A stretch of 64,000 nt of DNA from an uncultured Gammaproteobacteria bacterium (GTDB lineage: Bacteria > Patescibacteriota > Patescibacteriia > UBA9934). The DNA is taken from NCBI GenBank assembly GCA_964452565.1, contig CAYVLY010000002.1, forward strand, positions 22,661 to 86,660, read 5' to 3'. The notes beneath the pieces are model-generated. The model had not been told where the DNA came from and did not search any database. It worked only from the letters and a program-made list of their open reading frames with translations. The translations under genes were made by a program, and so were the position numbers. Below are positions 10,001 through 20,573 of this stretch, piece by piece (the stretch's first letter is position 1; each line of letters starts with the position of its first letter).

Positions 10001-10576
10001 AAGATCATTCACTTCTACCTGACGTGGAAAGTCTGGATGATGAATGAGCTCAAGGTAGAAGTTTTCCTTACCAAAGATCTTTTGGTGCGTCTTGATAAGC
10101 TCCTCAGCCTTTTTCTGGTCGCCAAGCAAAAGAGCATCAGGCACCTCGCCTCGCACACCACCTGACAGCGCGATCAGACCTTCTGAATGCTCAGCAAGAA
10201 ACTCCTTATCAACTCGCGGCTTATAATAGAACCCGTCCAAAAAACCTGAAGTAGAGATCTTTAAAAGGTTCTTATATCCTGCCTCGCTATATGAGAGAAG
10301 CGTTAGGCGATAAGGCCTGTCGTCGATTCGTGCCCGCTTATCAGTCATCCGATTTTGTGCAACATAAATATCAAGCCCGATGATTGGCTTGATATCTTCT
10401 GCTTTGCAGGCCTTAAAAAACTCAACAGCGCCATACATGGCACCATTGTCAGTAAGTGCCAAAGCCTTTACCCCCTGCTCTTTTGCACGCGCAACAAGCG
10501 CCTTTGGGCTTGGAAGAGCCTCAAGAAGCGAATAGTGCGAATGTACGTGTAGATGAACAAAATCTTCTGGCATCAT
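7067..10576 (-). CDS. dnaE: DNA polymerase III alpha subunit
   Basis: PHP domain N-terminus HLHVHSHYSLLEA, 1169 aa, polymerase core motifs, C-terminal OB region. Confidence 0.9.
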   Translation of the reverse strand: MMPEDFVHLHVHSHYSLLEALPSPKALVARAKEQGVKALALTDNGAMYGAVEFFKACKAEDIKPIIGLDIYVAQNRMTDKRARIDDRPYRLTLLSYSEAGYKNLLKISTSGFLDGFYYKPRVDKEFLAEHSEGLIALSGGVRGEVPDALLLGDQKKAEELIKTHQKIFGKENFYLELIHHPDFPRQVEVNDLIKAIAERTKTQMVATKNIFYLDPDDREGYEAQMCIMRGRTLEDFRRTSTEDVDLSMINPAEIIEYFKDVPEALENTKRIADRVDFEMDLGNNYLPIFPMPEGKSDEDYLHELAWEGLRKRYDEITPEIKERFEYEFGVIKDMGFASYFIIVQDFVNWAKDRGILVGPGRGSAAGSIISYALKITDLDPLEYGLLFERFLNPDRISIPDVDLDFADARRGEVLDYVKQKYGEDKVAGIITFGTMMPRLAVRDMARVLGLTFDEADLIAKCVPEPVQGRHTPLRVAEVEHAELRELLRSNPMARRVINLAKKVEGNPRHTSQHACGIVIGDLPLVDRVPIQEGQKEDMAYVSQYSLNSAEAAGLVKMDFLGLSNLTIIQDALEIIEAVHHVNIDIENVPLDDKKTFQLLGRGETTGVFQLESDGMKRYIRDLRPSQFEDIIAMVSLYRPGPMQFIDSFIRRKHGKEEITYEHNLMENAFRETYGIPVYQEQVMQVSKDMAGFTGGKADTLRKAMGKKIVELMAKMRIEFIDGAVEKGVKKEIAEQVFQKLEDFAAYGFNKSHAACYAMIAYRTAYLKAHYPPEFMAAVMNSDINSIDRITIEVEECKRMGIDVLAPDVNESYPGFAVVPESGNIRWGLAAIKNFGYEIGKAIQRERKENGPYEDLADFVSRVPSKYFNKKALESLIKAGALDRFADRGQLAANMDQLLLLNKQAQKDKEQNQVSMFDFAPDVAEHKITLRPSPELSKEQILDWERELLGIYISDHPAKIIKEKVGDLVTMTNQIAEKEKDTIVKMAGVIVGIRKILTKKRQEPMAFARFEDANGPTDIVVFPRLYRTVSSWLEEGKMVLVEGKVSIRIWDEREEYSVLADKISAFTEKDFDEVVEHLKQGSMWEEDNKGSEVVEGIDDEGVYITVPESPDHNIIVELRSLLKDHPGRERVYLLVESGDQVKKVSTEYSVTKDRHLLEGVAEIVGQGNVR

Positions 10577-10658
10577 AACGCCTTGAATCTTATCAAAAAT
10601 GAGCCTCTAGAGCCAGGAAACAAAAACCCCAGCCTGAGCTGGGATTTTGATCTTACTC

Positions 10659-10949
10659 TTAGGCTGCCTTCTCATCTACTCCGAACTTCTCGGCATATCC
10701 AGCAACATTGCTTTCAACTGTTCCAAGATCAGTCTTACCCATCTTCATGATACTCTCACCCTTTGGATCAAAGAGCTCGAATGATTCAATAGATCCATCA
10801 AATCCCACTTCAATAAGACCATCTACTCCATTTTTTGAAAGCTTATACTTGCCAGCTTCCATTCCGTATTCCATCCCATGTTCATCTGATATTTTTCGAA
10901 GCTCTTCGGATGTCATCTCTATTGGGGGCATCCCCTCTCGTTCTCTCAT
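10659..10949 (-). CDS. hypothetical small protein
   Basis: 96-aa ORF co-directional and tightly spaced in dnaE-pheT array; no recognisable motif. Confidence 0.35.
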   Translation of the reverse strand: MREREGMPPIEMTSEELRKISDEHGMEYGMEAGKYKLSKNGVDGLIEVGFDGSIESFELFDPKGESIMKMGKTDLGTVESNVAGYAEKFGVDEKAA

Positions 10950-10959
10950 AAAATAATTG

Positions 10960-11220
10960 TTATTTTTTAGGCTTTTTTGAAACGTAAGATTTAATGTGGT
11001 CCGTCAGCTTTGCCAGATGTCCGCTGCCGGTTTCGAACTTGGATTTCATTCCATTCAACGCCTGTTCGATCTTCTCAACTTGCCACTTAAGCTCAGACAC
11101 CAAATCATTAATATGTTTTAGTACCACAGCAAGCTGATAGATAAACCAGCAGATGAATGCTGTGATCCATAACGCACAAAATGCGATTACTATATAAAGA
11201 ATATCAATTGTATCAAGCAT
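10960..11220 (-). CDS. small membrane protein with coiled-coil tail (DUF948-like architecture)
   Basis: N-terminal TM helix then amphipathic helix; 86 aa. Confidence 0.4.
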   Translation of the reverse strand: MLDTIDILYIVIAFCALWITAFICWFIYQLAVVLKHINDLVSELKWQVEKIEQALNGMKSKFETGSGHLAKLTDHIKSYVSKKPKK

Positions 11221-11243
11221 AGGGGGTTTTGGTTATAAGTTGA

Positions 11244-13631
11244 TTATCTCACTTTGGCCTCGAATTGATCAACTAGTACTCTTGAGATCTTTTCTACTAC
11301 AGCATCAGCGTCTTCTGATGAAAGAGTCTTCTCATCTGATCGAATCGTTAATGAGAGTGTTAGGCTCTTCCTACCCACTTCGATCTTTTCACCTTGATAA
11401 ACCTCCTTTAGACCAACATCGTGAAGTAATTTGTCCATGTCGACTAGCTTTGATCGAATCTTATCGAATTCGAGCCTCTGATCAACTTCGATAGCCACAT
11501 CACGAACAACAGCTGGAAACTCTGGGATTGGCTCATAGCAACGTTTAATTATCATGTCTGGTGCTAGAGCTTCGAAATCGATGTCTGCAAGTACAACTGG
11601 TCGCTCAATACCAAATGCTTGTCTATATTGATCTGCTACTTGTCCTATAGTTCCGATGCGCTTATTTTGATACATGATTGCTGCTGAGCGTGTTGGATGC
11701 CAATATACGTCATCCTTGATACGCTCTATCGATAGATCTAGCCCTACAGATTCTGCCCAAAGCTCCAGCATACCCTTTTGCTCCAAGAAACTCTGATTAA
11801 CGTCCCTTACTCCAAACTCACCAAACACCAGTCGTGTCTCTTCTTTTGGCAGATCACCTTCCTGTTTTAGATAAACGCACTGGAGCTCGAAAACACATCC
11901 ACCTGGAGTTTCACCTTGGTTCATCTCTATATCCTTAAGAACTGACGGCGTGAGCGAAGTTCTCATGTGCGTGAGCTCTGATGAAAGTGGGTTATGTAGG
12001 ATTACCGCACTCGCTGGATCAAGATCATATCGCTCTAAATCGTTAGCTGAGACAAATGAGTATCCAAAGAACTCAGTATAGCCATGGGAGCTGAACAACT
12101 TTTTTGTTCGATCTTCCCATGCCAATTCTGGATCCTCATAAACAGTTGGTGGCTCTTGGTTTGGAAGAGTGATTGGGATGTTGTGATAGCCATAAACGCG
12201 TGCAATCTCCTCTGTAAAATCTATCTCAGCCTCAATGTCATGATCACGCCAGAATGGAACAGTCACATTATACTCACCATCAACTCCGGCGACCTCGCAC
12301 CCAAGACGTTTGAGAATATCAATCATTTCCTCATCTGAAAGATCAACGCCCATGATGTCTCGTGTCTTTTGTGACCGCCATGGAAACTGCAAAGGCTTGT
12401 AATCTTCTGATTGGACATCGTAGACTGGGCTCGCAACCGATCCGCCTGCAACTTCAAGCGTCAGTTCGACCGCGTGCTTGAGCGCCACCTCTGGTGACTG
12501 TACTGAAAGCCCTTTTTCGAAAAGTAACTGAGAGTCAGAGTAAAGACTTAATGCACGCGAAGTTCTTCGTACTGATACTGGATCAAATGTCGCTGCTTCA
12601 AATACGATCGTGGTTGTTCTGTCTTGAGTCCCAGTAGGCTCACCCCCCATCACCCCAGCAACAGCTACTGGCTTTGATGCGTCTGCAATAACAAGCTGGT
12701 GATCCTTTAGTTTATAGGTATTTTCGTCTAATGCCTCCATCTCTTCACCCTCTCGTGCCTTACGAACAACAATGGTATTACCATCTAACTTTTCATAATC
12801 AAATGCATGTAACGGCTGTCCGTATTCATGCAAAATGTAATTTGTAATGTCTACGATATTATTGATCGGTCTATGACCAGACAAAAGTATCTTGTTCTGC
12901 AACCAAAGCGGAGATGGACCAACTTTAACATCTTCGATCACTACTGCCATGTATCGTGGGCATAAATCAGGATCATCAACCTTTACAGCAAGCTCCTTGC
13001 CAGAGCCTTCTTGGATCCCAGCGGGCTCTTTGAATCTGAACTCGCCATCTGCCACAACTCCTCCCTCTCGAGCCAGTCCGACGATACTCATTGAATCAAC
13101 TCGATTTGAAGTTACCTCTATATCGAAGATCACATCGTCCAAGTCCATTGCTTCGACAAATGGGGTGCCAGCTGGTGCCTCGGTCAGATCAGACAGATCC
13201 CAGATACCTCCAGTTGGACACGGGGCCTTTTCAAATCCCAGCTCATCTGGAGCGCAGATCATTCCATGGCTTTCAACACCTCGAACTTTGGTAGCCTTCA
13301 GCTCAACCCAATCTCCTTCTCCATGCCAGAGAACTTTTGAACCAGGAAGCGCCACAACAACCCTCATGCCTGAACACAAATTTTGTCCACCACAAACAAT
13401 CTCAACTTGCTGATCACCAACATCTGTTACGGCTATCTTGAGCTTGTCAGCATCAAGATGATCCTTTAGCTCTTTTACTTCACCGATGACCATATTCTCA
13501 AATCGATCCTTAAGATATTCAATGGATTCAACAGACATGGATTTCAAACTCATCTCCTTGGCAAACTCCTCAGGAGTCGCGTCAATCTGTAGATACTCCT
13601 TAATCCAATTGTAACTTGCTAATATATTCAT
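11244..13631 (-). CDS. pheT: phenylalanyl-tRNA synthetase beta subunit
   Basis: 795 aa, N-terminal tRNA-binding domain, B3/4 and B5 regions, follows pheS with 1-nt gap. Confidence 0.9.
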   Translation of the reverse strand: MNILASYNWIKEYLQIDATPEEFAKEMSLKSMSVESIEYLKDRFENMVIGEVKELKDHLDADKLKIAVTDVGDQQVEIVCGGQNLCSGMRVVVALPGSKVLWHGEGDWVELKATKVRGVESHGMICAPDELGFEKAPCPTGGIWDLSDLTEAPAGTPFVEAMDLDDVIFDIEVTSNRVDSMSIVGLAREGGVVADGEFRFKEPAGIQEGSGKELAVKVDDPDLCPRYMAVVIEDVKVGPSPLWLQNKILLSGHRPINNIVDITNYILHEYGQPLHAFDYEKLDGNTIVVRKAREGEEMEALDENTYKLKDHQLVIADASKPVAVAGVMGGEPTGTQDRTTTIVFEAATFDPVSVRRTSRALSLYSDSQLLFEKGLSVQSPEVALKHAVELTLEVAGGSVASPVYDVQSEDYKPLQFPWRSQKTRDIMGVDLSDEEMIDILKRLGCEVAGVDGEYNVTVPFWRDHDIEAEIDFTEEIARVYGYHNIPITLPNQEPPTVYEDPELAWEDRTKKLFSSHGYTEFFGYSFVSANDLERYDLDPASAVILHNPLSSELTHMRTSLTPSVLKDIEMNQGETPGGCVFELQCVYLKQEGDLPKEETRLVFGEFGVRDVNQSFLEQKGMLELWAESVGLDLSIERIKDDVYWHPTRSAAIMYQNKRIGTIGQVADQYRQAFGIERPVVLADIDFEALAPDMIIKRCYEPIPEFPAVVRDVAIEVDQRLEFDKIRSKLVDMDKLLHDVGLKEVYQGEKIEVGRKSLTLSLTIRSDEKTLSSEDADAVVEKISRVLVDQFEAKVR

Positions 13632-13632
13632 A

Positions 13633-14700
13633 TTAGAACTGCTTCAAGAATCTAAGATCATTTTTATACAAAACACGAATGTCATCGATATTCATCCCGG
13701 ATTTCATCATCATGGTTCGCTCAACACCCCAACCAAAGGCAAAACCATTGTATTCATCTGAATCCAGGCCGCCTGCCTTAATCACGTTTGGATGCACCAT
13801 TCCAGCGCCTCCAAGCTCAAGCCAACCTTCTTTACACATCCGGCATCGCTTGCCATCACGCTTACCGGAACCACCACACATATTACAACTTATATCGAGT
13901 TCGAAACTTGGCTCAGTAAAACGGAAGTGATGTGGACGCAATCGAACTTCCCGCTCTGGACCAAAGAAACGCTTTACAAAAAAATCAAACACACCCTTGA
14001 GCTGCGCAACTGTGACTTTCTTGTCGATCATTAGTCCTTCAAACTGATAAAACATTGGTACATGCGTAACATCCGCCTGCCTTCGATAACACTTATTTAT
14101 ATTCATCATCCTGATAGGCATGTATCCCTTTTCCATCTCTCTAACCTGTCCATTGCTTGTGTGAGGAGTTAGAACGACTTTACCCTTCTCGCCAGTCATG
14201 ACCTTGTCGCCATCTGCAATAAAGAACGTTTCCCATTCATCACGTGCAGCATGATTCTTTGGCATGTTGAGTGACTCAAATGCGTAGTAGTCCCAATCAA
14301 CCTCAGGATGACGCACACGTACAAAGCCAAGCTGCTTAAAGATATCAACCACTTCATCAATAGCCTGTGTTGTTATATGAAGATGTCCACCTTCAGGCGA
14401 AGCACCTGGGGCAGTAACGTCAATCCACTCATCTTGCGCTTTAGAACCTGCAAGTTCGTGCGAAAGCTCTGTTTTCTTACGCTCAAAAGCGGCTTCAAGC
14501 TCAGTTTTCATCTGATTTGCAAAAGATCCGACCTCTTTTTTCTCGTCTGCAGAAAGATCTTTAAGACCTTTCAAAAGATCTCCAAGCTTCCCCTTTCGAC
14601 CCAAGTACTCGACACGAAGCCCCTCAAGACTTTGGTCATCTGTGATCGTATCAAGGGCCGTAAGAAATTCGGTCTTTAATTGCTCTAACTTTGGTTTCAT
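13633..14700 (-). CDS. pheS: phenylalanyl-tRNA synthetase alpha subunit
   Basis: class II motifs ...FRFTEPSFE..., GGAGMVHPNV, GFAFGWGVERTMM; contains a Cys4 insertion (CNMCGGSG..CRMC). Confidence 0.9.
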   Translation of the reverse strand: MKPKLEQLKTEFLTALDTITDDQSLEGLRVEYLGRKGKLGDLLKGLKDLSADEKKEVGSFANQMKTELEAAFERKKTELSHELAGSKAQDEWIDVTAPGASPEGGHLHITTQAIDEVVDIFKQLGFVRVRHPEVDWDYYAFESLNMPKNHAARDEWETFFIADGDKVMTGEKGKVVLTPHTSNGQVREMEKGYMPIRMMNINKCYRRQADVTHVPMFYQFEGLMIDKKVTVAQLKGVFDFFVKRFFGPEREVRLRPHHFRFTEPSFELDISCNMCGGSGKRDGKRCRMCKEGWLELGGAGMVHPNVIKAGGLDSDEYNGFAFGWGVERTMMMKSGMNIDDIRVLYKNDLRFLKQF

Positions 14701-14721
14701 ATGTATCTAATTCTGGATGTT

Positions 14722-15810
14722 TTACTTAAATAATCCTAGCACGTCCTTATACGTTATGAAAAGTATCAGTAGCATCAAAAGCAAAAACCCAATGTTATGT
14801 ACAGCTGCCTCAATCCTGGAGTTAACCGGCCTTCTAATAATGCTTTCGATGATCAAAAATAGTATTCTTCCTCCATCGAGCGCTGGAACTGGCAATATAT
14901 TCAAAATCGCAAGGTTGATTGAAAGTATCGCCCCGAACTGCAAGATATATACAAAGCCAAGCTGTGCAGCCTCTCCAGTCATAACAGCAATTCCTACTGG
15001 CCCTGACACTTCTATTCCAAGTCCATTGCCAGAAATTAGGCTCTTTGCCATACCATAGAACCCAGCGCAAATCTGTTTTGTATACCACACAGTTGTTTCA
15101 ACTCCATGCCACGGCAAGCTATACCATGGATAGTGAACAATTCCTGTTTCATAGATCGCGACTCCAAGTCCAATATCATCGATCTCCTCAACGTATGACG
15201 GCACCGCAGTAATTCCGATGACCTCACCAGTTCGATAAATCTCAAACTCGACAATAGAATCAGCATCAAGTTCCATTAGATACGCACGTAGGTCATCACC
15301 AGATTCAAAAACCTGGCCATTAATCGAAATAATCGAATCCCCCATCTGCAGCCCTGCAGTGTCTGCTGGAGAATCAGGCAAGAGCTGTGTTACTTGCAAA
15401 GATCGATCCTCAATTGTTGCAGAGCCCTCATAGCCCTCTACAATCGCCGCTGTTCCCATGCCAAGTGCGATAGAGAAAAATACAGCAGCCGCAACCATGT
15501 TCATTAGCACTCCAGCAACAAGTACAGTAAACCTCTGCCAGATCGGGCGTTTGCAAAAGCTATCTTCTGTTCCAACGCAATCTTCGCCATTCTCACCTTC
15601 GAGTTTTACAAAGCCACCGATTGGTATCAGATTGAATGACCAGCGGACACCAGTTTTCTTCGAAGTCCACGAAAAAAGCTTTGGAGGATATCCCAGTCCA
15701 AACTCCTCCACCTTCATCTTCAATCTGCGTGCAGTAAAATAATGCCCCCATTCATGGGCAAGTACCAAAACAGAAAGAAGGATTAAAAAAAGAATCACTG
15801 TCCAAATCAT
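14722..15810 (-). CDS. rseP: RIP zinc metalloprotease (site-2 protease) with PDZ domain
   Basis: HEWGHYF HExxH motif in first TM, PDZ region, C-terminal LDGG motif. Confidence 0.85.
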   Translation of the reverse strand: MIWTVILFLILLSVLVLAHEWGHYFTARRLKMKVEEFGLGYPPKLFSWTSKKTGVRWSFNLIPIGGFVKLEGENGEDCVGTEDSFCKRPIWQRFTVLVAGVLMNMVAAAVFFSIALGMGTAAIVEGYEGSATIEDRSLQVTQLLPDSPADTAGLQMGDSIISINGQVFESGDDLRAYLMELDADSIVEFEIYRTGEVIGITAVPSYVEEIDDIGLGVAIYETGIVHYPWYSLPWHGVETTVWYTKQICAGFYGMAKSLISGNGLGIEVSGPVGIAVMTGEAAQLGFVYILQFGAILSINLAILNILPVPALDGGRILFLIIESIIRRPVNSRIEAAVHNIGFLLLMLLILFITYKDVLGLFK

Positions 15811-15831
15811 AGTGACTACATTCTATCGTTT

Positions 15832-16638
15832 TTATAAGCTAACATCAACATGCTCAAATCTTACCTGCAAGCCCATCAACTGCTGTGAAAGCTCTGTTGC
15901 ATGCTTTGCATCTCCAGTTGTGCAGTATCTAATATTCTGATGGGTGCTGATCTTCTGTGCATACTCTGGATGACGATGAAGATAATCTTGCAATGACAAC
16001 GCTACGATCTCACCCTGGGCTACAACTTGAATCTCTTTTGGCACAACGGATCGAACAGCTTTGAAAAGTACTGGGTAATGCGTACATGCTAGAACGATTA
16101 CTTCGACCCCTGGCAATGTCTTTAACGCCTGCTCAACATCGACTTTGACCTGATCCAATTGTTCATCCGTCACCTTTCCAGATTCGATCAAAGGTACCCA
16201 TGATGGAAATGAGTGGCAAGATAGCTCAAGCTTTGGGTCAGTCTTTCTAAGCTCAACTTCGTATGCCCTTGATCTACAAGTAGCTTCAGTTGCAAAAAGC
16301 GCAGCCTTTTTAAATCCCTGTTCCAACATCCACTCATCTGTTGGTCGGATAACCCCTAAAACATTTCGGCCAGGATACTCGCTTAACTTTTCTTGTTGGA
16401 TCCTACGAAGTGCACGCGCCGAGGCTGAGTTGCAGGCTAAGATCACAATCACGCACCCTTGATCAAACATCCACTTCACTGCGTTCCATGTTGACTCAAA
16501 AATCTCATCATGTGACTTCTCACCATAAGGCACATTCTTATGGTCACCTAAATAAAAGATATCAATCTCTCCAAATCGCCTTCGAACCGATTGCAGCACT
16601 GTAAGACCCCCAATCCCTGAATCAAAAATTCCTAACAT
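15832..16638 (-). CDS. murI: glutamate racemase (probable start at internal Met; listed ORF extends to 16701)
   Basis: GIFDSGIGGLTV and ILACNSASA catalytic Cys motifs, second Cys motif VLACTHYP. Confidence 0.85.
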   Translation of the reverse strand: MLGIFDSGIGGLTVLQSVRRRFGEIDIFYLGDHKNVPYGEKSHDEIFESTWNAVKWMFDQGCVIVILACNSASARALRRIQQEKLSEYPGRNVLGVIRPTDEWMLEQGFKKAALFATEATCRSRAYEVELRKTDPKLELSCHSFPSWVPLIESGKVTDEQLDQVKVDVEQALKTLPGVEVIVLACTHYPVLFKAVRSVVPKEIQVVAQGEIVALSLQDYLHRHPEYAQKISTHQNIRYCTTGDAKHATELSQQLMGLQVRFEHVDVSL

Positions 16639-16737
16639 AAGATATTTATCAAACTCATTGACTTTTACCATCAAAATTATAGAATATAGAAGTAATGCCA
16701 ACCTATATTACCTTATTCTTTTTTAAGATTCAAAACT

Positions 16738-17289
16738 ATGATTGCTCTATATATAATTATCGGTGTTGTCGTGGTGGTCGTTCTATGGCTTATTGTAGTC
16801 TTTAACGGTCTGATTCGCCTACGAAACCGCACTGATGAAGCATGGTCAGACATCGAGGTGCAACTAAAGCGACGATACGATCTGATCCCAAACTTGGTAA
16901 ACACCGTAAAGGGGTATGCGAAGCATGAGGACAAAGTCTTCAAGCAAGTAACTGAGGCTCGATCAAATGCAATGCAAGCTAAAACACCTGCCGAGCATGC
17001 AAAGGCTGAGAACATGCTAACTGAGACCCTTAAATCTTTATTCGCTGTTTCTGAGAACTATCCAGATCTTAAGGCTTCAGGAAACTTCCTACACCTACAG
17101 CAGGAGCTAGTTGACGCTGAGGACAAAATTCAGGCAGCTCGACGATTTTACAATGGAAATGTTCGAGACTTCAATACAAAGATGCAAGTATTCCCTACAA
17201 ATATGATTGCTGGAATCCTTGGATTTAAAAAGTACGAATTCTTTGATGCTCCTGATGAGGTCAATGCCGCTCCAGAGGTCAAATTCTAA
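16738..17289 (+). CDS. lemA: LemA family protein
   Basis: N-terminal TM, LIRLRNRTDEAWSDIEVQLKRRYDLIPNLV signature. Confidence 0.85.
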   Translation: MIALYIIIGVVVVVVLWLIVVFNGLIRLRNRTDEAWSDIEVQLKRRYDLIPNLVNTVKGYAKHEDKVFKQVTEARSNAMQAKTPAEHAKAENMLTETLKSLFAVSENYPDLKASGNFLHLQQELVDAEDKIQAARRFYNGNVRDFNTKMQVFPTNMIAGILGFKKYEFFDAPDEVNAAPEVKF

Positions 17290-17364
17290 TTTCGAAACGA
17301 AATGAAAGACGGGCTAACTCGGGAGATCGGGTTAGTCTTGTTACTTTGATGGTAAAACTGAATT

Positions 17365-18252
17365 ATGTACAAAGAAATAACCTCCAATAAACGCAGAACT
17401 TGGATTCTAGTTTCGCTGTTTTCGATAATCGTCATGGGACTCTTTTTGGCGCTAGCTTATGGCTCGGGGTTTGATCCATATGCAGCTGTTGCTTTTGGAC
17501 TTGTGTTTTCGATCTTCTACTCATTGATTAGCTTCTACCTGGCTGACAAGGCTGTGCTCTTAACGCATGGCGCAAAACAAATTGATAAACAAAATGGAAA
17601 AGAGATCTATTTACTGGTTGAGAATCTCACCATTGCAAGTGGTATGCCAATGCCAAAGGTATATTTGATTAATGAGGATGTTCCAAATGCATTTGCCACA
17701 GGGCGCGATCCTGAGCATGCTTCGATTGTTTTTACTACTGGTATCTTGAGTAAACTAAATAAGTTGGAGCTCGAGGGTGTGATTGCTCATGAGCTTTCGC
17801 ACATTAAAAACTATGATATTCGATTGATGACCTTAATCGTTGTGCTTGTTGGGTTAATCGCTCTTATGGCTGACATTATGGTTCGAATTGGGCTTAGAGG
17901 TAATAACCGAAAAATGCCATGGCCTGTGATTGTTGGAGCCCTAATCCTTGCAGGACTTTCACCATTTATAGCTCAGGCCATAAAACTCGCAGTATCACGT
18001 ACCCGAGAGTATCTAGCAGATGCATCTGGCGCACTTATGACTAGACACCCAGACGCGCTTGCGTCAGCGCTTAAAAAGATAAGGGATCACGAGGGTAAGA
18101 TGAAACGGGCTAATCACGCAACAGCGCATCTATTCTTAACAAGTCCATTTGGCGAAAAGCGTGGCACAAAGCGAAAGTTCTTCGCCAATCTATTTGCAAC
18201 CCACCCACCAATTGATGATCGTATTGCTCGACTCACAAGCATGGGCCGATAA
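17365..18252 (+). CDS. htpX: M48 family zinc protease HtpX-like
   Basis: HELSHIKNYD (HExxH) between TM helices; classic LemA-HtpX gene pair. Confidence 0.8.
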   Translation: MYKEITSNKRRTWILVSLFSIIVMGLFLALAYGSGFDPYAAVAFGLVFSIFYSLISFYLADKAVLLTHGAKQIDKQNGKEIYLLVENLTIASGMPMPKVYLINEDVPNAFATGRDPEHASIVFTTGILSKLNKLELEGVIAHELSHIKNYDIRLMTLIVVLVGLIALMADIMVRIGLRGNNRKMPWPVIVGALILAGLSPFIAQAIKLAVSRTREYLADASGALMTRHPDALASALKKIRDHEGKMKRANHATAHLFLTSPFGEKRGTKRKFFANLFATHPPIDDRIARLTSMGR

Positions 18253-18255
18253 TCT

Positions 18256-20493
18256 ATGCAAGAAATCACAGCAAAATTTACAAACCACTTAAAAGAAGCT
18301 TTAGCGAAGAGTTTGGCTTTTGTTGTTGAGTCTAAACAGAACACAGTAAATCCGATCCACCTCTTGTGGGCACTCGCCTTACAGCCAGATTCGGTTGCAG
18401 CCAAAATCTTACAAAATGCAGGTGTAACACGATCAAAGCTTGAGACCTACATCTCAAACCAACAGATGAAGCCACAAAAACCACTTTCGATTCCAAACTT
18501 GGCAGAGGATACAAAGATCATTATTGAAAAGGCGGTCATTACTGCCAACATGTACAATCACTCCTACATAAGTACTGAGCATTTATTGTCTGGTCTTTTG
18601 CAAGTGCAATCTGATGAAATAATGCGGTTCTTTGCTAATGAAAAAATCGATACAAGTGATGTGCAAACGCAGATCAAGCAGACATTGAACATGACGATCC
18701 AAATCCCAATGCAGCAGCCACAAGAAGAATTCATGATTGAACAGGAAGAACTAAGTGAATCCGAGCGTGCGCTGGAGTTCTTTGCTCAAGAGCTCACTCA
18801 TCCTGAATATCTTAAAGAACAAACTCCGGTAATCGGTCGTGACAAGGAGATCTATAGACTCTGCACAATTCTTGGTCGCAAGACAAAAAACAACCCTGTC
18901 TTGGTTGGCGATCCTGGTGTTGGAAAAAGTGCCATTGTCGAAGGTCTTGCTCAACGCATTGCAAAAGGTAAAATCAAAACTCTCAAGGGTCACACTGTCC
19001 ACTCACTGAATCTTGCTTCGCTCTTAGCTGGCACAATGTATCGTGGATCATTTGAGGCACGCATACAACAGTTGATCGATGAGCTCAAAGAAAACAACAG
19101 TGCTATCTTGTTCATAGATGAGATGCATACCATTGTTGGTTCTGGGGCGAATAGTGGTTCACTTGATGCTGCAAATATTCTCAAGCCGGCACTGGCACGC
19201 GGTGACATCCGGTGTATTGGAGCCACAACTTTTGAGGAGTACAAAAAATGGATTGAGTCTGATGGTGCACTTGAGCGTAGGTTTCAAAAGATACAAGTTG
19301 AGGAGCCAAGCAAAGAAGAAACTCGTACCATACTCAAAGGCATTAAAAAGTCCTATGGTGCCCATCACGATGTGAGCTATTCTGATTCAGTGCTTGATCT
19401 TATTCTCGAACTTTCTGATGTTCACTTCCCTGACAAATGTTTCCCAGACAAAGCCATTGATGTTATGGATGAAATTGGAGCATTTGCAACTCAAAAAACA
19501 AAACGGGTTAAAACGATCACACAGTCTCTTGTCATCGAAGCTATCTCACACATGACCGGGCTGCCAAAAGCAACACTTAAGCAACAGAAGACGCAAACCC
19601 TTCGCAACCTACCAAAACAACTTTCTGAAGCTATCATCGGTCAGGATAATGTAATTCGATCAGTCTCCCATACACTTCAAAGGGCGCACATTGGACTTTC
19701 TGATAAACACAAGCCACTTGCGAGCTTCTTATTCGTAGGGCCTTCTGGAGTTGGAAAAACTGAGCTTGCAAAGCAAATCGCAAAGCACTATTTCAAAGGA
19801 CCGCGGCCTTTGTTGCGCTTAGATATGTCTGAGTACAAGGAAAGTTTTAATGCGAGCAAGTTACTTGGATCCCCTGCTGGTTATGTTGGATATAAAGACA
19901 CAAACGTGCTTGCTGACCATATTCGCAACTACCCGCACAGCGTTATCTTGTTTGATGAGATCGAAAAGGCTCATCCTGACATTCACAATCTTTTACTTCA
20001 AATTCTTGAAGAAGGGTCTATTCGCGATGCAACTGGCCGTGAGCTAAGCTTTGCGCATTCGATTATTGCCCTAACAAGTAATGCCGGGCAAGAGCTGTTC
20101 ACTCGGGGTGCTGTTGGCTTTGGGTCTAATGATTCGATCCATGAAACTGAGGTTCGATCTAAACTCGAAGAGATCCTGCGACCCGAGCTTTTAAATCGAC
20201 TGGATTCGATCTGCGCTTTTGATGCACTCGGGATCAATACACTAAAGAAGATCGCAAAACAGCAGTTAGATCGGCTCTCTGAGAAGCTCGCTGATCGAAA
20301 TATTGAGTGCGCATTTGCACCGTCAACGATTAACACGATCATCAAAGGCGCATCAAAACAGCACAACGCCCGCGGAATTCATCAATTTATCGCGCAAAAT
20401 ATCGAATCCTTGATTGTCCAACAAATCCTAGACAATAAAAAGCAAAAAACTCTGAAAATTTCTCCAAGAGGATCAATTTTTGAAATTAACTAG
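18256..20493 (+). CDS. clpC: Clp/Hsp100 AAA+ ATPase, ClpC/ClpA-type (two AAA modules, Clp_N repeats, short middle region)
   Basis: Walker [16 protein letters not shown] and second [12 protein letters not shown]; Walker B ILFIDEMH and [11 protein letters not shown]; N-terminal Clp_N repeat. Confidence 0.85.
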   Translation: MQEITAKFTNHLKEALAKSLAFVVESKQNTVNPIHLLWALALQPDSVAAKILQNAGVTRSKLETYISNQQMKPQKPLSIPNLAEDTKIIIEKAVITANMYNHSYISTEHLLSGLLQVQSDEIMRFFANEKIDTSDVQTQIKQTLNMTIQIPMQQPQEEFMIEQEELSESERALEFFAQELTHPEYLKEQTPVIGRDKEIYRLCTILGRKTKNNPVLVGDPGVGKSAIVEGLAQRIAKGKIKTLKGHTVHSLNLASLLAGTMYRGSFEARIQQLIDELKENNSAILFIDEMHTIVGSGANSGSLDAANILKPALARGDIRCIGATTFEEYKKWIESDGALERRFQKIQVEEPSKEETRTILKGIKKSYGAHHDVSYSDSVLDLILELSDVHFPDKCFPDKAIDVMDEIGAFATQKTKRVKTITQSLVIEAISHMTGLPKATLKQQKTQTLRNLPKQLSEAIIGQDNVIRSVSHTLQRAHIGLSDKHKPLASFLFVGPSGVGKTELAKQIAKHYFKGPRPLLRLDMSEYKESFNASKLLGSPAGYVGYKDTNVLADHIRNYPHSVILFDEIEKAHPDIHNLLLQILEEGSIRDATGRELSFAHSIIALTSNAGQELFTRGAVGFGSNDSIHETEVRSKLEEILRPELLNRLDSICAFDALGINTLKKIAKQQLDRLSEKLADRNIECAFAPSTINTIIKGASKQHNARGIHQFIAQNIESLIVQQILDNKKQKTLKISPRGSIFEIN

Positions 20494-20573
20494 TTTAAGA
20501 ATAAAAGACCTGAGCTATTGCTCAGGACGCGTTTGCCACCCAAGTGCCAATAGAGGGGTGGGCTTTTTGTAGT

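Noticed and set aside
12892-13413. 173-aa plus-strand ORF inside pheT
   Set aside because: Antisense to conserved pheT. Ser/Pro/Thr-rich translation with no motif.
16713-17015. 100-aa minus-strand ORF overlapping lemA start
   Set aside because: Antisense to lemA. The poly-Thr run is the reverse translation of lemA's poly-Val TM segment.
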